40,000 bases of DNA from an uncultured Peptostreptococcaceae bacterium. Its GTDB lineage: Bacteria > Bacillota > Clostridia > Peptostreptococcales > Peptostreptococcaceae. The notes under the pieces are model-generated. The model was not told the DNA's origin and ran no database searches. It worked only from the letters and a program-made list of their open reading frames with translations. Positions within the stretch are counted from its first letter, which is position 1. Each line of letters opens with the position of its first letter. The translations under genes were made by a program, and so were the position numbers. Below are positions 25,275 through 33,106 of the stretch, in pieces. The stretch is taken from positions 3,613-43,612 of the forward strand of contig CAMTIM010000060.1 of NCBI GenBank assembly GCA_947072565.1. Direction: 5' to 3'.

Positions 25275-25640
25275 ATGGAAAAATTAGTTACTATTCAAAC
25301 AAAAGAAAAATTAAATGATGTTTACGCAACAGACGAAAAAGGAAACGGAGGAGCAAATCATAATTATTTAATATCAATAGATAGAGGATTACAAGTCCCT
25401 ATTGAAGTCGAAATACAAATGCAAGATGGTGCTAGAAAAAATAAAGATGCGATACATGGAATAATAGATACTGATTTATTAGAAATAGTAAGACATAGAT
25501 TACAATGTTTTCAAAATGGAGCATTTGCAAGTGAGTACAATGAACACGCTTTAAATCACATAGAAGAAGCTTTGCATTGCATGAACGCTAGAATTGAAGA
25601 TAGAATTAATCGAAGTGTACTAGGAACTGATTGCAAATAA
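25275..25640 (+). CDS. Conserved-looking hypothetical protein (121 aa) between portal and minor head gene
   Basis: AAGAGG RBS; GGANHNY..FQNGAF..EYNEHALNHIEEAL helical C-terminus; function unknown. Confidence 0.7.
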   Translation: MEKLVTIQTKEKLNDVYATDEKGNGGANHNYLISIDRGLQVPIEVEIQMQDGARKNKDAIHGIIDTDLLEIVRHRLQCFQNGAFASEYNEHALNHIEEALHCMNARIEDRINRSVLGTDCK

Positions 25641-26682
25641 TGGCGAATCACAAAGGTAACTACGGTAAAGAATATTGGATTAATCGTGAGAAATTAAGAC
25701 TTGAAAACTCTTTAAAAGACGTTGATAAGTTAGATAAGCTTATTTCTAGAGAATATAAAAAGGCAATTAAATCTATCGAAAAAGAAATATCTCACCTATA
25801 CAATAAATACGCAAAAGATAACCAGTTAAGTTATTTTGAAGCTAATAGAAATCTTAGGAGCAATGAGTTTAAAGAATGGAGAATGGATTTAAAAGACTAT
25901 GTTAAAGCTTCTCAACATGATGAACAACTTTTACTAGAGTTAAATACTTTAGCAATGAAAAGCCGTGTAAGTCGCTTAGAGGAAATGTTATATCAATGCG
26001 ATAAATATATCAACGAAGTATATGAAATGTCTTACAAAAATACTACAAAGCTTTTAACTAATACATTAAAAAATTCTTACTATGAAACCATATACGATAC
26101 TCATAAATATATCGGTGTTGGCACTAGTTTTGCTTTTGTTAATAACGATAGGGTAAAAGAAATATTAAGTTTTCCATGGTCTGGTTTAGATTATTCTGAA
26201 AGGATCTGGAGCAACAGAGGTCAGCTTAAAAAAGTAGTTCATTCTGAAATAACACAAATGATTATTAGAGGTGAAAGCTCAAGGACTGTTAGTAAAAGAG
26301 TTTCAGAAAAGATGAATGTTAGCTTATTTAATGCTAGAAGATTAATTAATACAGAACACGCTTATGTGTCTGCACAAGGTGACAAGTTAGGATATGAGGA
26401 GTTGGAAGTTGAGAAATATCAATACTTAGCTACGCTTGATAAAAGAACATCCCCTATGTGTCAAAATTTAGATGGCCAAATATTTAAGGTAACGGAGGCA
26501 ATGGTGGGTATTAATTACCCACCTCTGTGAATCTACATCCCCTATGTAGGTCCACAACTATTCCAAGTATAGACGAAAAGTATATTTCTACTCGTACCGC
26601 AAGGCTTGGAGAAGGTAAAACTTATGAGGTTAGAAGTAATTTAAGTTATATCGAATGGAAAGAAATGAATGACATTAATTAA
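25640..26682 (+). pseudogene. Mu F / SPP1 gp7-like minor head protein, reading frame interrupted at 26528
   Basis: Frame 0 ends ..INYPPL* at 26530; the family's expected HP.CR. motif continues as HPLCRSTTIP.. from 26536 in the -1 frame to stop 26682. Confidence 0.65.
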
Positions 26683-26797
26683 CTGCAATTAATGTTGTTA
26701 AAATACGGTACACTCTAAAATTACATATGTGATATACTATGTTATTGTAATAATAGAATTGATTTACGGATTAATTTACAAAACGTAAAACAAGTAC

Positions 26798-26826
26798 TTG
26801 ACTTCAAATTTACATTTATATATAAT
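26798..26826 (+). promoter_or_regulatory. Sigma-A-type promoter of serine recombinase 2
   Basis: TTGACT-17-TATAAT; TTTACG..CGTAAA inverted repeat just upstream (26763-26789). Confidence 0.55.
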
Positions 26827-26860
26827 TAAGGTATAAAGTAAATAAAGAAGGGATATTAAC

Positions 26861-27421
26861 ATGATAGTTGGATATGTAAGAGTTAGTACAGTTGAACAAA
26901 ATGAAAGTAGACAGTTAGTAACAATGGATAAGTACAACGTAGAGAAGGTGTTCCAGGAGAAGGTATCGGCTAAGGATACTAATAGAGTTGAATTAAATGC
27001 AATGCTAGATTTTGTACGAGAAGGAGATAGTATCGTAATACATGACTTTAGTAGATTAGCAAGAAGTACAAAAGACTTGCTATCAATAGTAGAGAAGTTA
27101 GAACAAAAGAAAGTAACTTTAGTTAGCTCTAAAGAAAATATAGATTCATCAACTGCAACAGGTAAACTGATGTTGACTATGATAGGTGCTATAAATGAAT
27201 TTGAAAGAACTAATATGCTTGAAAGACAAAGAGAAGGTATAGCAATAGCTAAATCAGAAGGTAAGTATAAAGGACGTAAAGAAGTAAAAGTAGAGAACTT
27301 TGAGGAACATTATAATAAGTATCTAAATAGAGAACTTAATAAAAGTCAACTTGCTGATGTATTAGGTGTGAGTAGACCAACATTAAATAAGTTAATAAAA
27401 GAATATGAGGAAAACAAGTAG
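26861..27421 (+). CDS. Small serine recombinase (resolvase/invertase family) 2
   Basis: YVRVSTVEQ catalytic Ser motif, FSRLARS, C-terminal HTH GVSRPTLNKL. Confidence 0.9.
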   Translation: MIVGYVRVSTVEQNESRQLVTMDKYNVEKVFQEKVSAKDTNRVELNAMLDFVREGDSIVIHDFSRLARSTKDLLSIVEKLEQKKVTLVSSKENIDSSTATGKLMLTMIGAINEFERTNMLERQREGIAIAKSEGKYKGRKEVKVENFEEHYNKYLNRELNKSQLADVLGVSRPTLNKLIKEYEENK

Positions 27422-27447
27422 AGGGCTTAATGAGAGTCCTTTTTTTA
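27422..27447 (+). terminator. Intrinsic terminator of recombinase 2 cassette
   Basis: AGGGCT/AGTCCT stem (one G.U) + 7-T run directly after stop. Confidence 0.5.
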
Positions 27448-27581
27448 TGTAAATATATATGGACCACTTGATGTTTAATTAAAAAGTAGCTGATTATTTT
27501 GCCTACAAACTTGCTGATGGCTTTAAACTGCAAGGAGAAATTAAATGTTGACGAACTATAAACGGCGAAGGAGTTGTAATT

Positions 27582-28187
27582 ATGGAAGAAAACAATACTA
27601 ACGTTAGTGAAGAAGTAAAAGATAATGATACAAAAGAAAATGTTTCAGATTCAAATACTCAAGAAAATAAAGAAAAAACTTTTACGCAATCTGAATTGGA
27701 TGAAATAATCAATAAAAGATTAGCAAAAGAGAAGAAAAAAAGAGATGAAGCTACAGAGAAAGCAGCGGCAGATGCAAGGGAAGCTGATAAATTAGAAAAT
27801 ATGTCTGCAAATGAAAGATATGAAAAGAAGTTAGCTGATTTAGAGAAGAAGCTAGAAGAAAAAGAAAAGGCAGAAGCTAGAAAGGATTTAACAAATACTA
27901 CTTTAAAAGAGTTGTCAGTAAGGGGAATAGATTCAGATTTTATAGAATTTGTATTAGGAGAAAATGCAGAGGATACAAAAGAAAAGTTAGATCTATTCGA
28001 AAATAAACTTAATAAAATGGTTGAAGAAAAAGTTAATTCACAAGTACAAGATAGATTAAGGGGCAAAGCTCCAAAGACTGCGACAGTACAAACTAAAGCA
28101 AGCTTCACAGTAGAAGAAATAAAAAAAATGTCACCAGCTGAAATTAATAAGAACTGGGAACAAATTAAGAATATAAAACTAAATTGA
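27582..28187 (+). CDS. Capsid scaffolding protein (DUF4355-like)
   Basis: Acidic N-terminus, FTQSELDEIINKRLAKEKKK motif, coiled-coil, precedes capsid gene. Confidence 0.8.
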   Translation: MEENNTNVSEEVKDNDTKENVSDSNTQENKEKTFTQSELDEIINKRLAKEKKKRDEATEKAAADAREADKLENMSANERYEKKLADLEKKLEEKEKAEARKDLTNTTLKELSVRGIDSDFIEFVLGENAEDTKEKLDLFENKLNKMVEEKVNSQVQDRLRGKAPKTATVQTKASFTVEEIKKMSPAEINKNWEQIKNIKLN

Positions 28188-28223
28188 TTGAGAGGGTAGT
28201 CGGTAGACTATATAGGTGAAAGT

Positions 28224-29000
28224 ATGTCAGTAACTAATTTTATAGGTGCAATTTGGGAAGCTAGGCTTTTAGCAAAATTCCATGAAAAAGCAATATCGGA
28301 AGCAATAACAACTAAACCTGAAAAAATAGAAGGAAATAAGATAATATTTAACAACGTATCAGATGTAGCAGTAAAGGACTATAAGGGTTCGGTTGCGTGG
28401 GATGATTTAGACACTTCTAAAGTTGAATTAAGTATGGATATAAAGAAGTATTTCGCATTTAAAGTTGATGATGTTGATAAAGTACAAGCGGCAGGAGAAC
28501 TAATAGATCCTCACGTTGAAGAAGCAGCAGCAACATTACAAGAAACTATGGATAGTGCAGTTTTAACAGAAGCTTTATTGACTACAAATGTTGTAACTAA
28601 AGCTTCAACTGATGTTGCATATGACTTAATAGTAAAATCAAATACAGCTTTAAATAAAAAGAAAGTTCCTAAAGCAAATAGATTTTCTGTAATAAATTCA
28701 GAAGTATTAGAAGAATTAAACTTAGATGCTAGATTTACAAAAGAATATACTATATTAGAAAACGGAGTAATAGAAGGCGCTAATGTAAATGGTACTCAAT
28801 TGGTATTTTCAGAAGAATTAAATGCTGGAGGATATGCAATAGTTACTCTACATAAAACAGCAATAGGATTTGGTACGCAATTAGAAGAAACAGAAGCAAT
28901 GAGATTAGAAACATCGTTCGCTGATGGTGTAAGAGGGCTTGCAGTAGCCGGAACTAAGACATTAAGACCTAATGCGGTAGTTAAATTCGTTAAACCCTAA
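28224..29000 (+). CDS. Major capsid protein
   Basis: Position after scaffold; composition typical of capsid proteins; followed by hairpin/terminator. Confidence 0.75.
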   Translation: MSVTNFIGAIWEARLLAKFHEKAISEAITTKPEKIEGNKIIFNNVSDVAVKDYKGSVAWDDLDTSKVELSMDIKKYFAFKVDDVDKVQAAGELIDPHVEEAAATLQETMDSAVLTEALLTTNVVTKASTDVAYDLIVKSNTALNKKKVPKANRFSVINSEVLEELNLDARFTKEYTILENGVIEGANVNGTQLVFSEELNAGGYAIVTLHKTAIGFGTQLEETEAMRLETSFADGVRGLAVAGTKTLRPNAVVKFVKP

Positions 29001-29002
29001 CG

Positions 29003-29028
29003 AACCCCTAATTTCAGATTTAGGGGTT
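29003..29028 (+). other. Perfect 9-bp stem-loop 2 nt after capsid stop
   Basis: AACCCCTAA (29003-29011) / TTAGGGGTT (29020-29028), 8-nt loop, no T-run; sequesters the AGGGG RBS of the next small ORF. Confidence 0.55.
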
Positions 29029-29031
29029 GAC

Positions 29032-29136
29032 TTGAACACTCTAACAGTTGAGAAGCTAAAGTTAATGGCTAAAGATGCAGGGATTGTAGGTTATTCAACT
29101 ATGTTAAAGGCTGAATTAATAGAGAAGTTATCATAA
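29032..29136 (+). CDS. Rho_N/SAP-like small ORF (34 aa, TTG start)
   Basis: LTVEKLKLMAKDAGIVGYSTMLKAELIEKL matches Rho N-terminal (SAP-like) pattern; non-ATG start lowers confidence. Confidence 0.4.
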   Translation: MNTLTVEKLKLMAKDAGIVGYSTMLKAELIEKLS

Positions 29137-29152
29137 TGATAGCTTCTTTTTT
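29124..29152 (+). terminator. Intrinsic terminator after capsid unit
   Basis: GAAGTTATCA/TGATAGCTTC stem (one G.U) around stop codon + T-run. Confidence 0.5.
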
Positions 29153-29172
29153 ATTAAAAAGAGGGGTGTAAT

Positions 29173-29517
29173 ATGTTAGAAAATATAAAACTTATGCTTG
29201 GGCTTGAAGATGATAAGCACGATACTATGATAATGCTATTTGTATCTAAGGTTGTTACCTCGATCGTTGAGTATTGCAATATAAAAGAGTTAACCCCTGG
29301 GCTTGAAAGTTTTACAGAAGATAAAGTGTTTGAAATAATGAAGCCTAGATTAACGGGCGGCGCTCAAAACACTGGCGAGGTAAAGGCGGTTACTAGGGGC
29401 GATACTAAAATAGAATACAATGTTGCAAGTGCTTCATCTGATAACTCGAGGGGCGCTAATTTAAGCGAATCAGATAAAAAATTCCTTAACAATTTTAGAG
29501 TTGCGAGGATGCATTAA
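29173..29517 (+). CDS. Head-tail connector (gp6-like)
   Basis: N-terminal IKLMLGLEDDKHDTMIMLFV pattern of gp6-like connector proteins. Confidence 0.7.
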   Translation: MLENIKLMLGLEDDKHDTMIMLFVSKVVTSIVEYCNIKELTPGLESFTEDKVFEIMKPRLTGGAQNTGEVKAVTRGDTKIEYNVASASSDNSRGANLSESDKKFLNNFRVARMH

Positions 29518-29870
29518 TGACTGATGCAGAAATATTAGAAATGACTTTCTTTGATACGGCTACTTGCATAAGAAAAGTTAAAGTTAAGGATAAAAACACT
29601 GGTGTGTCTAAGTTTGAAGATGTTATCATCTTTGAAAATATGAAATGTGCATTGTCTAAAAAAGAGCAGGCAGCGCCATTATTAGACGGAGAGGTGGGGT
29701 CTATCGTATCTACCCATAAACTGTTTATTAACCCTTTAGCAGATATTCAACTTGGCGATAACCTCGTGGTAACTAACGGTATGGGGCAAAAATGTATTTA
29801 TTTAGCTTCCGAGCCATTTTATTATCAATCGCATAGAGAAATTCCAGTCACTAAAAAGGTGCGTTCGTAA
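29517..29870 (+). CDS. Head closure / head-tail adaptor protein
   Basis: Size and position (XkdH-like slot); ATG overlaps upstream stop. Confidence 0.6.
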   Translation: MTDAEILEMTFFDTATCIRKVKVKDKNTGVSKFEDVIIFENMKCALSKKEQAAPLLDGEVGSIVSTHKLFINPLADIQLGDNLVVTNGMGQKCIYLASEPFYYQSHREIPVTKKVRS

Positions 29871-30223
29871 TGCAAATATACGGCTTATCCGAAGTATTAG
29901 CGAGTATCGTTGATGCTGAAAGTAATATGAGTAAAATGCTGGAAGTTAGTGTAAATAAAATAAGCGCCAAGCTTCTAAGAAATGTTAAGTTGAAAAGTCC
30001 CGTTGATACTGGACAATTCAGAAGGTCTTGGCGCACTAAAAAGCGTGGACAATTTGAAGTCTTAATTTACAACAGTACTGAATACGGAATCTACTTAGAA
30101 TACGGCCACCGTACAAAAGGCGGAAAAGTATTAGAGGGTACTTATGTACTTAAAAGGTCTATCGAAGAGGTTCAAGGCGATTTAGACGATGAATTAAAAA
30201 ACATACTGAAAAGTATATGGTAG
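29870..30223 (+). CDS. HK97 gp10-family tail-head joining protein
   Basis: SPVDTGQFRRSW motif. Confidence 0.75.
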   Translation: MQIYGLSEVLASIVDAESNMSKMLEVSVNKISAKLLRNVKLKSPVDTGQFRRSWRTKKRGQFEVLIYNSTEYGIYLEYGHRTKGGKVLEGTYVLKRSIEEVQGDLDDELKNILKSIW

Positions 30224-30238
30224 AAAGTAGGTTAAATA

Positions 30239-30685
30239 ATGCTTACTTATAAAGAAATATTAAACGCCTTTACTATTAAATTAGATAAGGCGTTTTTTGA
30301 TGTAGATATATTTACAGATGATACGCAAAATGACTTTGATAAGGGTTGTTTTTACGTTCAATTATTGCCGCTAAAGCAAATTATACTTACTAGAGAATTA
30401 AATCAAAAAGGTTTTATTTTAAGTATAAAGTTTTATCAAGAAACTAATAAAAGCAAGATTGACTTATTAGATATAGAAAGCAAGCTTCAAAATGAATTTT
30501 CTAGAACTATTGAAATTAAAGATAGAACGCTTACTATTGATAGCACCGAATCTGAAATATTAAAAGATGATGTGGACTATTATTTAGATTTCTTGATAAC
30601 TGTTTATTATGCGGATGATGTCCACATTGAAAAAGAAAATTTTGATAATATGACGGATGTTGATATAAGTTTCTCAACATCTTAG
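30239..30685 (+). CDS. Tail completion/terminator protein (XkdJ-like slot)
   Basis: Position immediately before sheath. Confidence 0.5.
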   Translation: MLTYKEILNAFTIKLDKAFFDVDIFTDDTQNDFDKGCFYVQLLPLKQIILTRELNQKGFILSIKFYQETNKSKIDLLDIESKLQNEFSRTIEIKDRTLTIDSTESEILKDDVDYYLDFLITVYYADDVHIEKENFDNMTDVDISFSTS

Positions 30686-30697
30686 GAGGTGTTTTTT

Positions 30698-31759
30698 ATG
30701 GGGATGCCAGTTATAAATATATCGTTTAAGCAATTAGCTTCGACTGTGGCGCAAAGGTCAAAGAGGGGTATTGTATCTATAATATTAAAAGATAGTACTA
30801 ATACTGGATTTACAGAAGTTTTTGAAAAGACAGATATACCAAGCGGGTTAAATGCAGAAAATAAAAAGCTATTAGAAATGGCGTTAGTTGGGAATGTTAG
30901 TACCCCTCATAAACTTCTAGTTTACGTTATGGGAACGCTTGAAAAGTTAGAAGATGTGTTAGGATTTTTCGAAACGCAAGAATTTAACTATATAGTAATG
31001 CCGTCGGCGATTGAAGATGATAAGACGGCGATTAAAAACTGGGTTATAAAAATGAGGGATGTTGATAAAATAAAGGTTAAAACTATCTTAGGCAAAGTTG
31101 CAGGAGATCACGAAGGAATAATAAACTTTGCTACTGATGATTGCGAAATTGACGGAACTAAATATTCCGCTGATAAGATGGTTACTAGAATAGGTGGACT
31201 TATAGCAGGTACTCCTTTAAATCAATCTATAACATATGTAAAACTTAAAGACGTAACTTCTGTCCCTTCTATGACTAAAGATGAAGCTAATGCTTCTGTT
31301 GATGCAGGGAAGCTTATACTCGTTCGAGAAAGTGGTGCAATTAGAGTAGGTAGAGGAGTTAACTCTTTTACTACATTTGAAACTCCAAGCAAAGGTGAGT
31401 TATTCTCTAAGATAAAAATAATAGACACGATAGATTTAATACATTCAGACTGTAAAAAAGTTATTGTTGACGAATATATAGGAAAAGTTGCCAATTCTTA
31501 CGACAATAAGTGTTTGTTAATAGTTGCTATACAAGAATATTTACAAGAATTAGTTGCTGAACAATTAATCGAAAAGGATTTTACTGTTGCGATAGATATA
31601 GAAGCGCAAAAAGCTTATTTAAAGAAAATAGGTGTAGACATAAATAAAATGAAAGAGCAAGAAATCAAAGAAGCTAATACAAGAAGTAATGTATTTTTAA
31701 AGGCTAGAGTTAAGGTTTTAGATGCCGTTGAAGATGTTGCACTTAACTTTGAATTTTAG
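30698..31759 (+). CDS. Contractile tail sheath protein (XkdK-like)
   Basis: ATG 30698 8 nt after TAGGAGG; N-terminus PVINISFKQLASTVAQRSKRGIV resembles XkdK. Confidence 0.85.
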   Translation: MGMPVINISFKQLASTVAQRSKRGIVSIILKDSTNTGFTEVFEKTDIPSGLNAENKKLLEMALVGNVSTPHKLLVYVMGTLEKLEDVLGFFETQEFNYIVMPSAIEDDKTAIKNWVIKMRDVDKIKVKTILGKVAGDHEGIINFATDDCEIDGTKYSADKMVTRIGGLIAGTPLNQSITYVKLKDVTSVPSMTKDEANASVDAGKLILVRESGAIRVGRGVNSFTTFETPSKGELFSKIKIIDTIDLIHSDCKKVIVDEYIGKVANSYDNKCLLIVAIQEYLQELVAEQLIEKDFTVAIDIEAQKAYLKKIGVDINKMKEQEIKEANTRSNVFLKARVKVLDAVEDVALNFEF

Positions 31760-31798
31760 TTTCTTTTTTTATGCAAAAAAAAGAAAGGCGGTGTTTAA

Positions 31799-32224
31799 AT
31801 GGCGTTTAATTCGCACGGAGTTATAAATGGTACGCACGGTACACTTTGGATAAATGACAAAGAAATAGGCGAAGTAAAAGCATTTCAATGTAAAGTTGAA
31901 TTTGAAAAAGAAGATATAAAAATGTGCGGAGATATGGCTACACACACGAAGGTAGTTGGCTACTCTATAAAAGGATCAGTAACTGTACATAAAATAAGTT
32001 CTAAGATGTGTAGATTTGTTGTTGATAGCCTTAAAAGTGGTAAAGAAGCTAGAGCGACTATAATATCTAAGCTTGCAGACCCTGATTCTGACGGCACTGA
32101 AAGAGTTGCTATAAAAAACGTATCTTTTGACGATTTAACAGTTGCTGACTGGGAAGCTGGTACACCTGGAACTAGTGAGCATCCGTTTACAGCTACTAGT
32201 ATAGAATATTTAGATATGATATAA
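31799..32224 (+). CDS. Tail tube protein (XkdM-like)
   Basis: INGTHGTLWINDKEIGEVKAFQCKVEFEKEDI pattern matches XkdM family. Confidence 0.85.
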   Translation: MAFNSHGVINGTHGTLWINDKEIGEVKAFQCKVEFEKEDIKMCGDMATHTKVVGYSIKGSVTVHKISSKMCRFVVDSLKSGKEARATIISKLADPDSDGTERVAIKNVSFDDLTVADWEAGTPGTSEHPFTATSIEYLDMI

Positions 32225-32240
32225 AGTTATAATATTTGAA

Positions 32241-32270
32241 AGGTTAGAGGTCATTCTCTAGCCTTATTTT
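32241..32270 (+). terminator. Intrinsic terminator/attenuator after tube gene
   Basis: GGTTAGAG/CTCTAGCC stem (one G.U), T-rich tail. Confidence 0.5.
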
Positions 32271-32289
32271 AATAAAAAGAGGAGATATT

Positions 32290-32538
32290 ATGGCAAGATT
32301 AGATGCTAATAACATTATAAGTTACTTTGATTGTAAGGGATGCAATGAAGTTGAAAGAACTTCCGACCTTTATAAGAAAATAGGTGATTATTTTATAAAT
32401 AATGCCGATAGAATGGCACGTGATGCAGCACTTAACACACATTCTATAAATTTCAATATAGATATAAAATTCAATGAAATTATAACAATAGATAAAACAA
32501 TAAAAGAATATTTAGTGGAGGGTAAAATAAATGAATAA
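32290..32538 (+). CDS. Hypothetical protein (82 aa) between tube and chaperone
   Basis: GAGGAG RBS. Confidence 0.6.
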   Translation: MARLDANNIISYFDCKGCNEVERTSDLYKKIGDYFINNADRMARDAALNTHSINFNIDIKFNEIITIDKTIKEYLVEGKINE

Positions 32539-32929
32539 TATAGTAGATTTATTATTAAAAATAGATGCAAATGAGGTTAAAATGCCTACTGGTGAACACG
32601 AAATGTTTTGTAAAAAGTTAGGTGAAAAATTAAACTTTGAGATAAAGGCAATAGATGCGGAGGTAGTTTCGGAAATATCAGAGCAATGTATTGATATGAC
32701 TGGCGGGGAATTTAGAGAAATAGACACGTATAAATTAAAAGTTAAAACAATAGTTGAAGGATGCGACCTTTTTAGAAATAAAGAATTACAAGCACACTTT
32801 AATGTTTTAAATTCTGATGAATTAGTTAAAAAATTACTTTTAAGCGGTGAAATGGATGCGTTGCAATCTGCTATAAATGGATTAAACGAAGTTCAAAAAG
32901 AGGACAAAATAGAAGAAATAAAAAACTAA
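32531..32929 (+). CDS. Tail assembly chaperone (XkdN-like), short form
   Basis: Position between tube and tape measure. Confidence 0.75.
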   Translation: MNNIVDLLLKIDANEVKMPTGEHEMFCKKLGEKLNFEIKAIDAEVVSEISEQCIDMTGGEFREIDTYKLKVKTIVEGCDLFRNKELQAHFNVLNSDELVKKLLLSGEMDALQSAINGLNEVQKEDKIEEIKN

Positions 32930-33102
32930 TATACTCGGATACTGATGTTAATCTTATGTATATGTTATACAAGCATAAGAACATAATGCCATCCGAGTTT
33001 TACAATATGAAGTATGGCGAAAAGCTTATAGTCCTATCTTTTATGGAGCAGGAAAATAAGGAAGCTAAAGAAGATCTGAAGATAGCTAAAGGAGGTATTT
33101 AA
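32531..33102 (+). CDS. Tail assembly chaperone long form via predicted -1 frameshift at A_AAA_AAC (32920-32926)
   Basis: Canonical X_XXY_YYZ heptamer in the correct phase 1 codon before the stop; -1 frame open for 58 codons to 33102, ending just before the tape measure start. Confidence 0.55.
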
Positions 33103-33106
33103 CTCT

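Noticed and set aside
26811-27459. 8-bp inverted repeat ATTTACAT (26811) / ATGTAAAT (27447-27454 region) flanking recombinase 2, which could mark an invertible or mobile cassette
   Set aside because: It is only 8 bp of pure A/T-rich sequence, one copy is inside the promoter spacer, and a chance match is likely.
27545-27601. 18-aa ORF (MLTNYKRRRSCNYGRKQY) with AAGGAG RBS overlapping the scaffold start
   Set aside because: It is very short, and the same AGGAG-rich region serves the scaffold gene. There is no independent support.
27659-28108. Tracked 149-aa minus-strand ORF inside the scaffold gene
   Set aside because: It is a Ser/Phe/Leu-rich antisense shadow of a Lys/Glu-rich coiled-coil gene.
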